DNA of 64,000 nucleotides from an uncultured Clostridia bacterium (GTDB lineage Bacteria > Bacillota > Clostridia > Christensenellales > Aristaeellaceae): contig CAKUCW010000003.1 of NCBI GenBank assembly GCA_934643825.1, positions 19,320 through 83,319 on the forward strand, written 5' to 3'. The translations under genes were made by a program, and so were the position numbers. Positions within the stretch are counted from its first letter, which is position 1. The number at the start of each line of letters is the position of its first letter. Of the stretch, positions 18,971 to 27,041 are shown one piece after another. Under the pieces are notes generated by a model, which was given only the letters and a program-made list of their open reading frames with translations, had not been told where the DNA came from and ran no database searches.

Positions 18971-20095
18971 ATGAAAGACGTCATGGGTCTGATTTTCACA
19001 GGCGAAAACGATATCCATCTGGGCGAGCTGACCAGCCTGCGTGCTGTCGCGGCGCTGCCGATCGCGGGCCGTTACCGCGTGATCGACTTCCAGCTCTCCT
19101 CGATGGTTCACAGCGGCATCAAGAATGTCGGCGTCATCACCCAGAAGAACTATTCCTCTCTGATGGACCATATCGGCTCCGGTCGTGAGTGGGATCTTCA
19201 CGGCAAGCAGGGTCTGGTGATGCTTCCGCCGTTCCTGACTCGCGAAAACATGGGCGTTTACTCCGGTCTGCTGGATGCGCTCAAATCCAACAGCACCTTC
19301 CTGCGCCTGTCCCGTCAGGAGTATATCGTGCTGACCAACAGCCACACCATCTACAATATGGATTACACCGACGCCCTCAAGTACCATGTGGAAAAGGGCG
19401 CGGATGTGACCGTGCTGTATGCGCATGGCACGAAAGCCGTCGGCACCGAAGGCGAAAACGACACCTTCCTGTCGGTTGACGAAGACGGAAAGGTCACGGG
19501 CATGGAGATCGGCTCTGCCGTTCCGACCCGCGAATGCGCTTCCCTGAAGATTTACATCACCAAGCGTGAGTTGCTGCGCCATCTGGTCGAGCAGGCTGCC
19601 GCCAACGGCATGCACGATTTCGACCGCGATATTCTCCAGCGCAACATCAACGACGGCAACCTCAAGGTCTACGGCTATGAATACAAGGGACTGGCATGCC
19701 AGATTGACTCTATCCAGTCTTACTTCAACTTCAACATGTCGCTGCTGAACAGCGATGTGCGCCGTCAGCTCTTCCCGGCTGACCGCCCTGTGTATACGAA
19801 GGTTCGCGACGACCTGCCGGCCCGCTATGTTGACGAGTGCGAATGCTCCAATTCGCTCATCGCCAACGGCTGCATCATCGAAGGCACGGTCATCAACTCC
19901 GTCCTCTTCCGCGGCGTTAAGGTCGCCAAGGGCGCGGTGATTAAGAACTCCATCGTCATGCAGGACGCGCAGATTCAGGAAGGCGCAGAGATCGACCACT
20001 GCATTCTGGATAAGCAGAGCGTCATCCGCCGCAATGGCCGCCTGATTGCGCCCGCCGCCTATCCGATCGTCATCGCCAAGAACGTTGTTATCTGA
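18971..20095 (+). CDS. glgD: Glucose-1-phosphate adenylyltransferase subunit GlgD
   Basis: 374 aa. A GlgC paralog with a degenerate G-rich loop (MGLIFTGENDIHLGELTSLRAVAALPIAGRYRVIDFQLS), immediately downstream of glgC as in Firmicutes. Confidence 0.85.
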   Translation: MKDVMGLIFTGENDIHLGELTSLRAVAALPIAGRYRVIDFQLSSMVHSGIKNVGVITQKNYSSLMDHIGSGREWDLHGKQGLVMLPPFLTRENMGVYSGLLDALKSNSTFLRLSRQEYIVLTNSHTIYNMDYTDALKYHVEKGADVTVLYAHGTKAVGTEGENDTFLSVDEDGKVTGMEIGSAVPTRECASLKIYITKRELLRHLVEQAAANGMHDFDRDILQRNINDGNLKVYGYEYKGLACQIDSIQSYFNFNMSLLNSDVRRQLFPADRPVYTKVRDDLPARYVDECECSNSLIANGCIIEGTVINSVLFRGVKVAKGAVIKNSIVMQDAQIQEGAEIDHCILDKQSVIRRNGRLIAPAAYPIVIAKNVVI

Positions 20096-20103
20096 TTTTT
20101 TAA

Positions 20104-20141
20104 GCGGGGGTCGTGCGGATAAGGGCGACTCCCGCCTTTTT
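20104..20141 (+). terminator. Intra-operon hairpin with T-run between glgD and glgA (terminator/attenuator candidate)
   Basis: GCGGGGGTCG-12 nt-CGACTCCCGC (10 bp, one G-U pair) followed by CTTTTTC. Confidence 0.55.
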
Positions 20142-20219
20142 CGCAGAGCGGCATACACCGCCTGCGTTTCAAAAGCATTCACTCAAATCCACTTGATTTA
20201 AAAGGAGGACACATCGCTC

Positions 20220-22133
20220 ATGAAGATCCTTTTTGCAGCTTCCGAGTGCGTACCTTTTATTAAGACCGGCGGTCTTGCCGACGTTGTCGGCGCTCTTTCC
20301 CCTGTTCTCAAGCAGCAGGGTGCGGACGTCCGCGTGATTCTGCCGCTGTATGCCGCCATCCCGCAGGAGTATGTCAACCAGATGAAGCTCGAGTGCGAGT
20401 TTGAGGTTGAGCTGTGCTGGCGCCGTCAGTATTGCGGCATCAAGAGCCTTGAGTATCAGGGCGTCACCTTCTATTTCGTCGATAACCAGTATTACTTCGG
20501 TCGTTCCTACATCTATGGTCTGGGCGGCGACGAGTACGAGCGCTTCGGCTTCTTTGACCGTGCGGTCATCGACGCGCTCCCCCACCTCGATTTCCAGCCT
20601 GATGTCATCCACTGCCACGACTGGCAGACCGGCATGATCCCGGCGCTGCTCAAGATTCAGTATGCGCAGTATCCGTTCTATCAGGATATGAAGACCGTTT
20701 ACACCATCCACAACCTCCAGTATCAGGGCGTGTTCCCGATCAAGGCGGTTCAGGATACCCTCGGTCTGGGCGACAGCCTGTTCACCTCCGACAAGCTCGA
20801 GTGCTACGGCTGCGCGAACTACATGAAGGCAGGCTTGGTCTATGCGGACGAACTGACGACCGTTTCCCCGAGCTATGCGGATGAAATTCAGACCGCGTTC
20901 TACGGCGAGCGTCTGGACGGACTCCTCCGCGCACGCAAGGATCAGCTCGTCGGCATCCTCAACGGCATTGACATCAACGATTATGACCCGGCGAAGGATC
21001 CGCAGATTTACGCCAACTATGATCCGTATCATCTGGGCGGCAAGGAAATCTGCAAGCAGGAACTGCAGAAGGAGCTTGGTCTTGAGGTCAACCCGACCGT
21101 TCCGCTCGTGGGCATCATCTCCCGCCTGTCCAACCAGAAGGGCTTTGACCTCATCGAGTGCGTCATCCGCGAACTCATGGCGACCGGCATCCAGCTCGTC
21201 GTGCTTGGCATGGGCGAAGCGAAGTACACCAACCTGTTCTCCTGGGCGGAAAGCGAGTATCCGGGTCGTCTGGCGACGCGCTTTGCGATGAACCACCAGC
21301 TCGCGCACCGCATCTACGCCGGCAGCGACATGTTCCTCATGCCCAGCCAGTTCGAGCCGTGCGGTCTGTCCCAAATGATCGCCATGCGTTATGGCTCCGT
21401 GCCGATCGCCCGCGAGACCGGCGGTCTGCGCGACACCGTTCTCTCCTACAACAAGTTCACGGACGAAGGCAACGGCTTCACCTTCTTCAACTACAATGCG
21501 CATGACATGCTGCATACCGTTCGCCGCGCCGTGCATTATTACAACAACAACCGCGATGTCTGGTATCGCCTGATCGTCCGCGGCATGACCGGCGATTACA
21601 GCTGGTATTCTTCCGCCGGCAAGTATCTGGCGCTTTATGAAGAAGTGATCAAGCCCGCAACGGACTTCACGCTCGCCCAGCCTGTGGAAACCGAAAACCC
21701 TAAGGAAGCCCCGGCTCAGAGCGCCCCGCGTGCGGAAGCTGAAGCCAGCGCGGAAGCCGGGGAAACGCCCAAGAAGGCGCCTGCAAAGCGTGCCCCGCGC
21801 AAAAAGGCTGCTCCGAAGACCGAAGCCAAGGACGAAGCCAAAGCGGAAGAAGCGTCTGCAAAGCCCAAGCGTGCCCCCCGCAAGAAAGCCGAGCCGAAAG
21901 CCGAAGTAAAGGCTGAGGTTAAGGAAGAGCCGAAGACCGAAACCAAGGCTGAAGCCAATGCGGAAGAAGCGCCTGCAAAGCCCAAGCGTGCCCCCCGCAA
22001 GAAGGCCGAGCCGAAAGCCGAAGTAAAGGCTGAAGCCAAAGCGGAAGAAGCGCCTGCCAAGCCCAAGCGTGCCCCCCGCAAGAAAGCTGCTCCGAAAGCC
22101 GCGGTAAAGGCTGAGGAAAAGCCCGCTGAGTAA
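20220..22133 (+). CDS. glgA: Glycogen synthase GlgA (GT5) with a roughly 160-aa Lys/Ala/Pro/Glu-rich repetitive C-terminal extension
   Basis: MKILFAASECVPFIKTGGLADVVGAL and the ...PSQFEPCGLSQMIAMRYGSVPIARETGGLRDTV motifs. The core ends near residue 478, and a KAPE repeat tail continues to residue 637. Confidence 0.9.
   Translation: MKILFAASECVPFIKTGGLADVVGALSPVLKQQGADVRVILPLYAAIPQEYVNQMKLECEFEVELCWRRQYCGIKSLEYQGVTFYFVDNQYYFGRSYIYGLGGDEYERFGFFDRAVIDALPHLDFQPDVIHCHDWQTGMIPALLKIQYAQYPFYQDMKTVYTIHNLQYQGVFPIKAVQDTLGLGDSLFTSDKLECYGCANYMKAGLVYADELTTVSPSYADEIQTAFYGERLDGLLRARKDQLVGILNGIDINDYDPAKDPQIYANYDPYHLGGKEICKQELQKELGLEVNPTVPLVGIISRLSNQKGFDLIECVIRELMATGIQLVVLGMGEAKYTNLFSWAESEYPGRLATRFAMNHQLAHRIYAGSDMFLMPSQFEPCGLSQMIAMRYGSVPIARETGGLRDTVLSYNKFTDEGNGFTFFNYNAHDMLHTVRRAVHYYNNNRDVWYRLIVRGMTGDYSWYSSAGKYLALYEEVIKPATDFTLAQPVETENPKEAPAQSAPRAEAEASAEAGETPKKAPAKRAPRKKAAPKTEAKDEAKAEEASAKPKRAPRKKAEPKAEVKAEVKEEPKTETKAEANAEEAPAKPKRAPRKKAEPKAEVKAEAKAEEAPAKPKRAPRKKAAPKAAVKAEEKPAE
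21846..22119 (+). repeat. Three near-identical 73-nt coding repeats within the glgA tail
   Basis: GAAGAAGCG(T/C)CTGC(A/C)AAGCCCAAGCGTGCCCCCCGCAAGAA(A/G)GC... starts at 21846, 21963 and 22044. Each copy encodes EEA(S/P)AKPKRAPRKKA(E/A)PKA(E/A)VKAE. Confidence 0.9.
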
Positions 22134-22141
22134 GACTCACG

Positions 22142-22169
22142 TCCCCGCCGTCCAAGGCGGGGATTTTTT
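22142..22169 (+). terminator. Rho-independent terminator after glgA
   Basis: TCCCCGCC-GTCCAA-GGCGGGGA followed by TTTTTT. Confidence 0.85.
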
Positions 22170-22316
22170 GATTGACCTTCAAGACGTATTCCGTTACAAT
22201 GAAAGAATGGAAGATGGACAGCGATTCTTTTCCCGTCGCATATACCCGGAGGAATTGCCCTGCGCCATCAAGAATGGTTTTACATCAAACAGCATCATGC
22301 ACCAAAGGAGCTTTCC

Positions 22317-24092
22317 ATGTCTGTGATCCGAAAACATGCCGCGCTGTGGGCGCTGCTGTCCTGTCTTGTGCTTGCCATCGCCGCGCCCTATCTCATTCCC
22401 GCCAACCCGGACAGCGCCGTCTTTCGTTCCGGCACGCTGGGGTTGATTCTCGAATTTGCCTGTTTTTATCCCATCTATCAGGCAGCTTCGCACGCCGGCA
22501 AACGCCGGTTTGTCAGCGGGCTGGTCTTCGGCTTACTGTTTGCTGTCGCCCTGAGCATCGGTTCTGAACTGTTTATCTACAACGGACTACTTCGCGGCAT
22601 GGGCAGCCTGATCCGCCGTACAGCCGTGCCTCTTCTCGCGACGCCGGCACTTGGTTCGCTTGCCGCAAGGATGCTTGCCGTGCGCGAACCGATGCAGCCC
22701 AAAAAGTCCCTGCGCCTTCCGCTTTGGGCGTATGCACTCTTTTTCCTGCTCTGCTGGCTTCCCGTGCTGCTGGCGTTCTTCCCGGGAGCGCTGAATTACG
22801 ATTTCCCGGGGCAGTATAATCAGCATTTGCAGCATTTCTATTCCAACATTCATCCCCTGCTGCACAGCGCCTTGAGCAATGGCTTGATGGCACTGGGCGA
22901 AGCTTTGGGCAGTCCGACGCTCGGCGTGCTGATCAACACGATCTTACAGATGATCCTCTTCGCCCTCGCGCTGGCATACAGCTGCGTATTCGTTCAGCGC
23001 CGCGGCGCACCTGCCTGGGTCAGCCTGCTGATGGCTGCCGCTTACGGTTTGATGCCGATCTTCTCGGTCATGGCGATTTCCACTTGTAAAGACACGCTGT
23101 TCTCCGCCAGTGTGCTGGTCATGCTGCTCAAAACATGGGAACTGATCGAATCCCCGGAAACTTTCCTGGCGCACCGCGGAAATATCGCGCTTTACATCGT
23201 CTGCGGCGTCGGAAGTGCGCTGCTGCGCAACAACGGTCTGTTCGCCTACGCGCTGCTTCTCCCCTCCCTGCTGATCGTTCTGCGCGGCTATCGCAAGCAG
23301 GTTGCTTTGCTCCTTGCCGCGTGTTTGTGCGCCAGCGCCGCCGTCACAGGCGTGCTGACCGTCGCACTCTCTCCCGAGGCCTCTCCCTCCTTCCAGCTAT
23401 ACAGCATTCCCGCCCAGCAGCTCGTCCGCGCCTACAACAGCGGCAGAATGAGCGACGAAGAGAAAGCAGAAATCGCGGAATGGTATACGTCTGAAGAAGG
23501 CTATTACACCGTTCGCCCCCATCTGGGCGACGCCGCGAAGGGCTATCTGGATCGCCCCCGCATCCAGACGGACGGAAGCGACTTCATGAAGCTCTGGGCG
23601 AAGGACGCCAAGAAGTATGCGCATGAATATGTGGAAGCGTTTTTGCTGCTCAACGTCGGCTCGTGGTATCCCGACGACCTGAGTCACTCCACCATCTACC
23701 CCGACGCCTCTTACAACGACAAAGGCTATTTGCAGCTGGAAGAATACGACATGACCGATGTCGGGATCCAGACAAGCAGCTTCCTGCCCGCCGTGCGCAA
23801 GCTGTTTGAGCGCATCTGCCGCCGCAATTATTATCAGAAATATCCCATCGTCGCCATCCTCTTCTCGACTGCGACGCCGTTCTGGGTGATCGTGTTCGCC
23901 TGCGCAAAGCTGGTTTCCGAAAAGCGCGGGCGATTCCTGCCTGTAGCGCTCGGTGTGCTGGGCATCTGGCTGAGCTACCTGTTCGGGCCCTGCACCCTGC
24001 CTCGATATACCCTGCCGCTGTTCTGCATGGCGCCTGCGCTGCTGTTTGCTTCTTATTTGAAGCCCGGAGAATCACATGATGAAAACAATTGA
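22317..24092 (+). CDS. Polytopic membrane protein, GT-C-like (DUF6020-like); paralog 2
   Basis: 591 aa, with an AAGGAG RBS. Motifs FPGALNYDFPGQ, IHPLLHSAL and STCKDTLFSA are shared with the other two paralogs. Confidence 0.75.
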   Translation: MSVIRKHAALWALLSCLVLAIAAPYLIPANPDSAVFRSGTLGLILEFACFYPIYQAASHAGKRRFVSGLVFGLLFAVALSIGSELFIYNGLLRGMGSLIRRTAVPLLATPALGSLAARMLAVREPMQPKKSLRLPLWAYALFFLLCWLPVLLAFFPGALNYDFPGQYNQHLQHFYSNIHPLLHSALSNGLMALGEALGSPTLGVLINTILQMILFALALAYSCVFVQRRGAPAWVSLLMAAAYGLMPIFSVMAISTCKDTLFSASVLVMLLKTWELIESPETFLAHRGNIALYIVCGVGSALLRNNGLFAYALLLPSLLIVLRGYRKQVALLLAACLCASAAVTGVLTVALSPEASPSFQLYSIPAQQLVRAYNSGRMSDEEKAEIAEWYTSEEGYYTVRPHLGDAAKGYLDRPRIQTDGSDFMKLWAKDAKKYAHEYVEAFLLLNVGSWYPDDLSHSTIYPDASYNDKGYLQLEEYDMTDVGIQTSSFLPAVRKLFERICRRNYYQKYPIVAILFSTATPFWVIVFACAKLVSEKRGRFLPVALGVLGIWLSYLFGPCTLPRYTLPLFCMAPALLFASYLKPGESHDENN

Positions 24093-25869
24093 TTTTATGC
24101 GCCGCCACGCGACGCCGATTGCGCTGCTTCTACTGCTGCTGTTCGTTGCCGCAGCGCCGTATCTCATTCCCGAAAACCCGGACAGCGCCGTCTTTCGTTC
24201 CGGTACGCTGGGACTGATTCTGATTGCGGCATGCTTCTTCCCCGTTCGCCGTGCGCTGGAACGCCACGACATGCGCGATATTCTGTTTGGCGTGGGCTTC
24301 GCGCTGGTGTTTGCGCTCTGTCTGGGGCTGGGCAGCGAGCTGGTTGCCTACGACGGTTTGCTTCCCGGAAAAGGCGCCCTGATCCGCCGTCTGGCTGTTC
24401 CCGTCATGGCTTCTCCGACGCTGGGCTTGCTGGCTTCCTACCTGTTTGCCTTTGCGCCCTGCCGTCAGGCAAAAACAGAGTCCGCCTGCGGCTGCAAAAA
24501 GCTGTCGCTCTCTTTCTGGGTGTACTTTGCCGGGCTGACGATTGGCTATGTGCTGATTCTGCTGGCGCTTTTCCCCGGCGTCATCTCCTATGACTTTGAA
24601 CATGAAATCCGTCAGTTCACATCCGGTGTCTATGAAGCGGCTCATCCCGTCTTTCACACGCTGCTGCTCGGCTCGATTTATGCGCTGGGCGAATCCATTT
24701 TCGGCTCGATGACGGCTGGCGCCGCGCTGTACAGCGTCTTTCAGCTGCTCGTGATGGCGGCGTTGTATGCCTGGGCATGCACGTTTATGCAGCGCCGGGT
24801 TCCACGCGGTGCAGCGCTGGCGGTTTGGGCGCTGTTCGCCCTTTTCCCTGTGCATGGCGTGCTTGCCGTTTCAACCGCCAAGGATCCGCTCTTTGGCAGC
24901 CTGTGCGTCGTGTTCTGCCTGCTGCTTTGGAACATGGCGGAAAACCCCGCCGCAATGCTGCAAAACCGCAAGCGCACCGCCGCTTTCATCCTCACCGGCG
25001 TATTCATGTGTCTGCTGCGCCACAATGCCATCGCCGTCGTTGCGATGGGCTGTCTTGCGGCGCTGCTTCTGGGCAAAGGCGTGCGCAGTCGTGCGGCGCT
25101 GCTCTGCCTGCTGACGCTGATTTCCTGCCTGCTGCTGCCTAAAGCCTTTGAAACCGCTGTCGGCGCGACAAAAACGCCCAGCAGCGAGTTGATGAGTGTC
25201 CCCTGTCAGCAGCTGATGCGCACGGCTGAATATGCGGGCGTCACCGAGGAAGAGCATGATGAGCTTGAAAGCTGGTTTTCCGACCAGACGTATCGCTACC
25301 GCTCGCATTGTGCCGACCCGGCAAAGGGCGGCAACTTCACCTTCAGCCGTTATCAGCAGAATCCGAGCGCGTTCTGGTCCATGTATCTGCGCTATGGCGT
25401 GAAGTATCCTCGTACCTATCTGGAGGCTTTTCTTGAAAACAGCGTCGGCGTCTGGAATCCGGATGACCGCAGCCATGCGCACAGCCTGAGCACCGAAGAA
25501 ACGGTCTATATTTATCTGAACACCACCTACCCCTTCGACAGCGAACGCTATCCGATTCAGGCAAAATGCCTGTTGAAACCGCTGCATAAGCTCATCTATG
25601 CGTTCACGCATCACGTCCGTCAGGAGAAGTATCCGATTCTCGCCCAGCTCTTCTGCCCGGCGACGTATACCTTTCTGCTTCTGCTGACCGTTCTGCGCCT
25701 TCGCAGAGATCGACGCCGCACCTTTGCGCTGGCAACGCTCCCGCTTTGGGGCTTGTGGGCAACGGTTCTCTTCTCGGCTGGTGTGTTCGTCCGCTATGTC
25801 TATCCGATTATGGCAGCATCGCCTCTGCTGCTCGCTCTGGCATTCTTTTCCGAAAACAAGCCGTCTTAA
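24076..25869 (+). CDS. Polytopic membrane protein, GT-C-like (DUF6020-like); paralog 3, tandem to paralog 2
   Basis: 597 aa. It overlaps the upstream stop by 17 nt. Motifs: FPGVISYDFEHE, AHPVFHTLLL, STAKDPLFGS. Confidence 0.75.
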   Translation: MMKTIDFMRRHATPIALLLLLLFVAAAPYLIPENPDSAVFRSGTLGLILIAACFFPVRRALERHDMRDILFGVGFALVFALCLGLGSELVAYDGLLPGKGALIRRLAVPVMASPTLGLLASYLFAFAPCRQAKTESACGCKKLSLSFWVYFAGLTIGYVLILLALFPGVISYDFEHEIRQFTSGVYEAAHPVFHTLLLGSIYALGESIFGSMTAGAALYSVFQLLVMAALYAWACTFMQRRVPRGAALAVWALFALFPVHGVLAVSTAKDPLFGSLCVVFCLLLWNMAENPAAMLQNRKRTAAFILTGVFMCLLRHNAIAVVAMGCLAALLLGKGVRSRAALLCLLTLISCLLLPKAFETAVGATKTPSSELMSVPCQQLMRTAEYAGVTEEEHDELESWFSDQTYRYRSHCADPAKGGNFTFSRYQQNPSAFWSMYLRYGVKYPRTYLEAFLENSVGVWNPDDRSHAHSLSTEETVYIYLNTTYPFDSERYPIQAKCLLKPLHKLIYAFTHHVRQEKYPILAQLFCPATYTFLLLLTVLRLRRDRRRTFALATLPLWGLWATVLFSAGVFVRYVYPIMAASPLLLALAFFSENKPS

Positions 25870-26017
25870 CCGACGCGTATCGCCTTTTTCATGAAACAGC
25901 GATTTCCCCACAGACATGTTCCTTTCCTTCTGCATGATATGCCATACCTGCCGCTCCGCCAAAACGGCGCGGCAGGTTCAGCGGGCTTTATCGCTTCAGA
26001 CTGTGGACAATAATGAT

Positions 26018-26041
26018 CCCCCGGCGTAGCCGGGGGTTTTT
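26018..26041 (+). terminator. Rho-independent terminator
   Basis: CCCCCGG-CGTAG-CCGGGGG followed by TTTTT. Confidence 0.75.
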
Positions 26042-26149
26042 CTTAGACGGGCGTAGCCCTCTGTTACTTGCCACGCGTCACGTCGCGTTGGTACGGTCTG
26101 ACACTTGCATAGGCTTGTTACTTGCTGCCCGTAAACGGGCTCAACTTAC

Positions 26150-26584
26150 TCAGAAATTCCCCATTGTCAGTTGTTCTCCCGCCTTGTCTTCATCCAACTG
26201 ATGCTTTATGTACTCCTCGATTTTCTTTGCATTCTTCCCTACTGTATCCACATAGTACCCTCTGCACCAAAACTCTCTGTTCCGGTATTTGTACTTTAGT
26301 TCTGGATACTTTTCGTAGATCATTAAACTACTTCTCCCTTTTAAATACCCTACAAAACTTGATACAGATACCTTGGGTGGAATCTTTACTAACATATGTA
26401 CATGATCTTTACAGACTTCGGCTTCCACTATTTCGATTTTCTTCCAATCACATAGCATCCTTAGTATTTTTCCTATCTCTACTCTCTTTTCCCCGTAGAA
26501 TACTTTTCTTCTGTACTTAGGCGCAAATACAATATGGTATTTACATTCCCACTTCGTATGTGATAAACTATTCATGTCGTTCAT
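26150..26584 (-). CDS. tnpA: IS200/IS605 family transposase TnpA (Y1 HUH)
   Basis: 144 aa. SHTKWECKYHIVFAPKYRRK...DHVHMLV...YLKGRSS...FWCRGYYVDTVG carries the HUH motif and the catalytic Tyr region. Confidence 0.92.
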   Translation of the reverse strand: MNDMNSLSHTKWECKYHIVFAPKYRRKVFYGEKRVEIGKILRMLCDWKKIEIVEAEVCKDHVHMLVKIPPKVSVSSFVGYLKGRSSLMIYEKYPELKYKYRNREFWCRGYYVDTVGKNAKKIEEYIKHQLDEDKAGEQLTMGNF

Positions 26585-26591
26585 TCGAATG

Positions 26592-26653
26592 ACCTCCTTT
26601 TGTTGTCCCTTGTTGCAGTTGCCAGACCGCTTCTTGATTATACAACAAAAGGA
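26592..26653 (-). promoter_or_regulatory. Stem that sequesters the tnpA Shine-Dalgarno (IS200-style translational repression), with a TATAAT in the loop region
   Basis: On the minus-strand RNA, CTCCTTTTGTTG (from 26653) pairs with CAACAAAAGGAG(G) (ending at 26592), which contains the RBS. The -10 TATAAT is at 26636-26641. Confidence 0.6.
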
Positions 26654-26730
26654 GTTTCTTCTTCTACATGATCGCCAAAAGGCTTTTTTTGAACCACTCG
26701 CCTAGCGAGTGGTTTTCATTTATACAAAAA

Positions 26731-26760
26731 GCTATTCTCCCCCCTGAAGGGGAGAATAGC
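26731..26760 (-). terminator. IS200 left-end terminator-like hairpin upstream of tnpA
   Basis: The minus strand reads GCTATTCTCCCC-TTCAGG-GGGGAGAATAGC followed by TTTTTG. Its orientation would block read-through into tnpA. Confidence 0.65.
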
Positions 26761-26969
26761 CCTTCCCGCAAATGAAAGAATAGCTGAATTTCTTAATTTT
26801 GCTATTCAAGTCAAGTTTGCTCATGTCAACACGCTGCAGCGGGCTTTATGCCCGCTTTTTTCATGCGCGAAAAACCGCGCAGCATCGGTTGCGTGTGCAG
26901 AATTTCAATGTTTGGCGGATTTCGGCGGATGAGAAGAGAAATTTACCCCATTTTTTTATTCCCAACCTC

Positions 26970-26998
26970 TTGACATTCACGCTTGACCGATGTATTAT
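26970..26998 (+). promoter_or_regulatory. Sigma-A type promoter of the gntR-ABC operon
   Basis: TTGACA, an exact 17-nt spacer, then TATTAT. Confidence 0.65.
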
Positions 26999-27021
26999 TG
27001 TATTAACCACTTAGTACAATA
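26996..27021. promoter_or_regulatory. Candidate autoregulatory operator of the YtrA-type GntR regulator
   Basis: TATTGTATTAA-CCAC-TTAGTACAATA, with 11-bp arms and one mismatch. It overlaps the -10 and TSS region. Confidence 0.5.
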
Positions 27022-27041
27022 GTACAGGAAAGGAGAAGCCT

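Larger units (their letters stand above)
26045..26770 (-). mobile_element. IS200-type insertion sequence (IS200/IS605 family, tnpA only); boundaries approximate
   Basis: It contains a Y1 HUH transposase gene in a low-GC block. A terminator-like hairpin and an SD-sequestering stem lie upstream of tnpA, and small hairpins (ACGCG/CGCGT, GCCCG/CGGGC) lie at the other end. Confidence 0.65.

Noticed and set aside
21716-22182. Antisense ORFs (21716..22081, 21919..22182) within the glgA tail repeats.
   Set aside because: They are mirror-image low-complexity translations (G/A/S/L/F-rich) of the KAPE repeats. The forward frame is continuous with GlgA and ends at a strong terminator.
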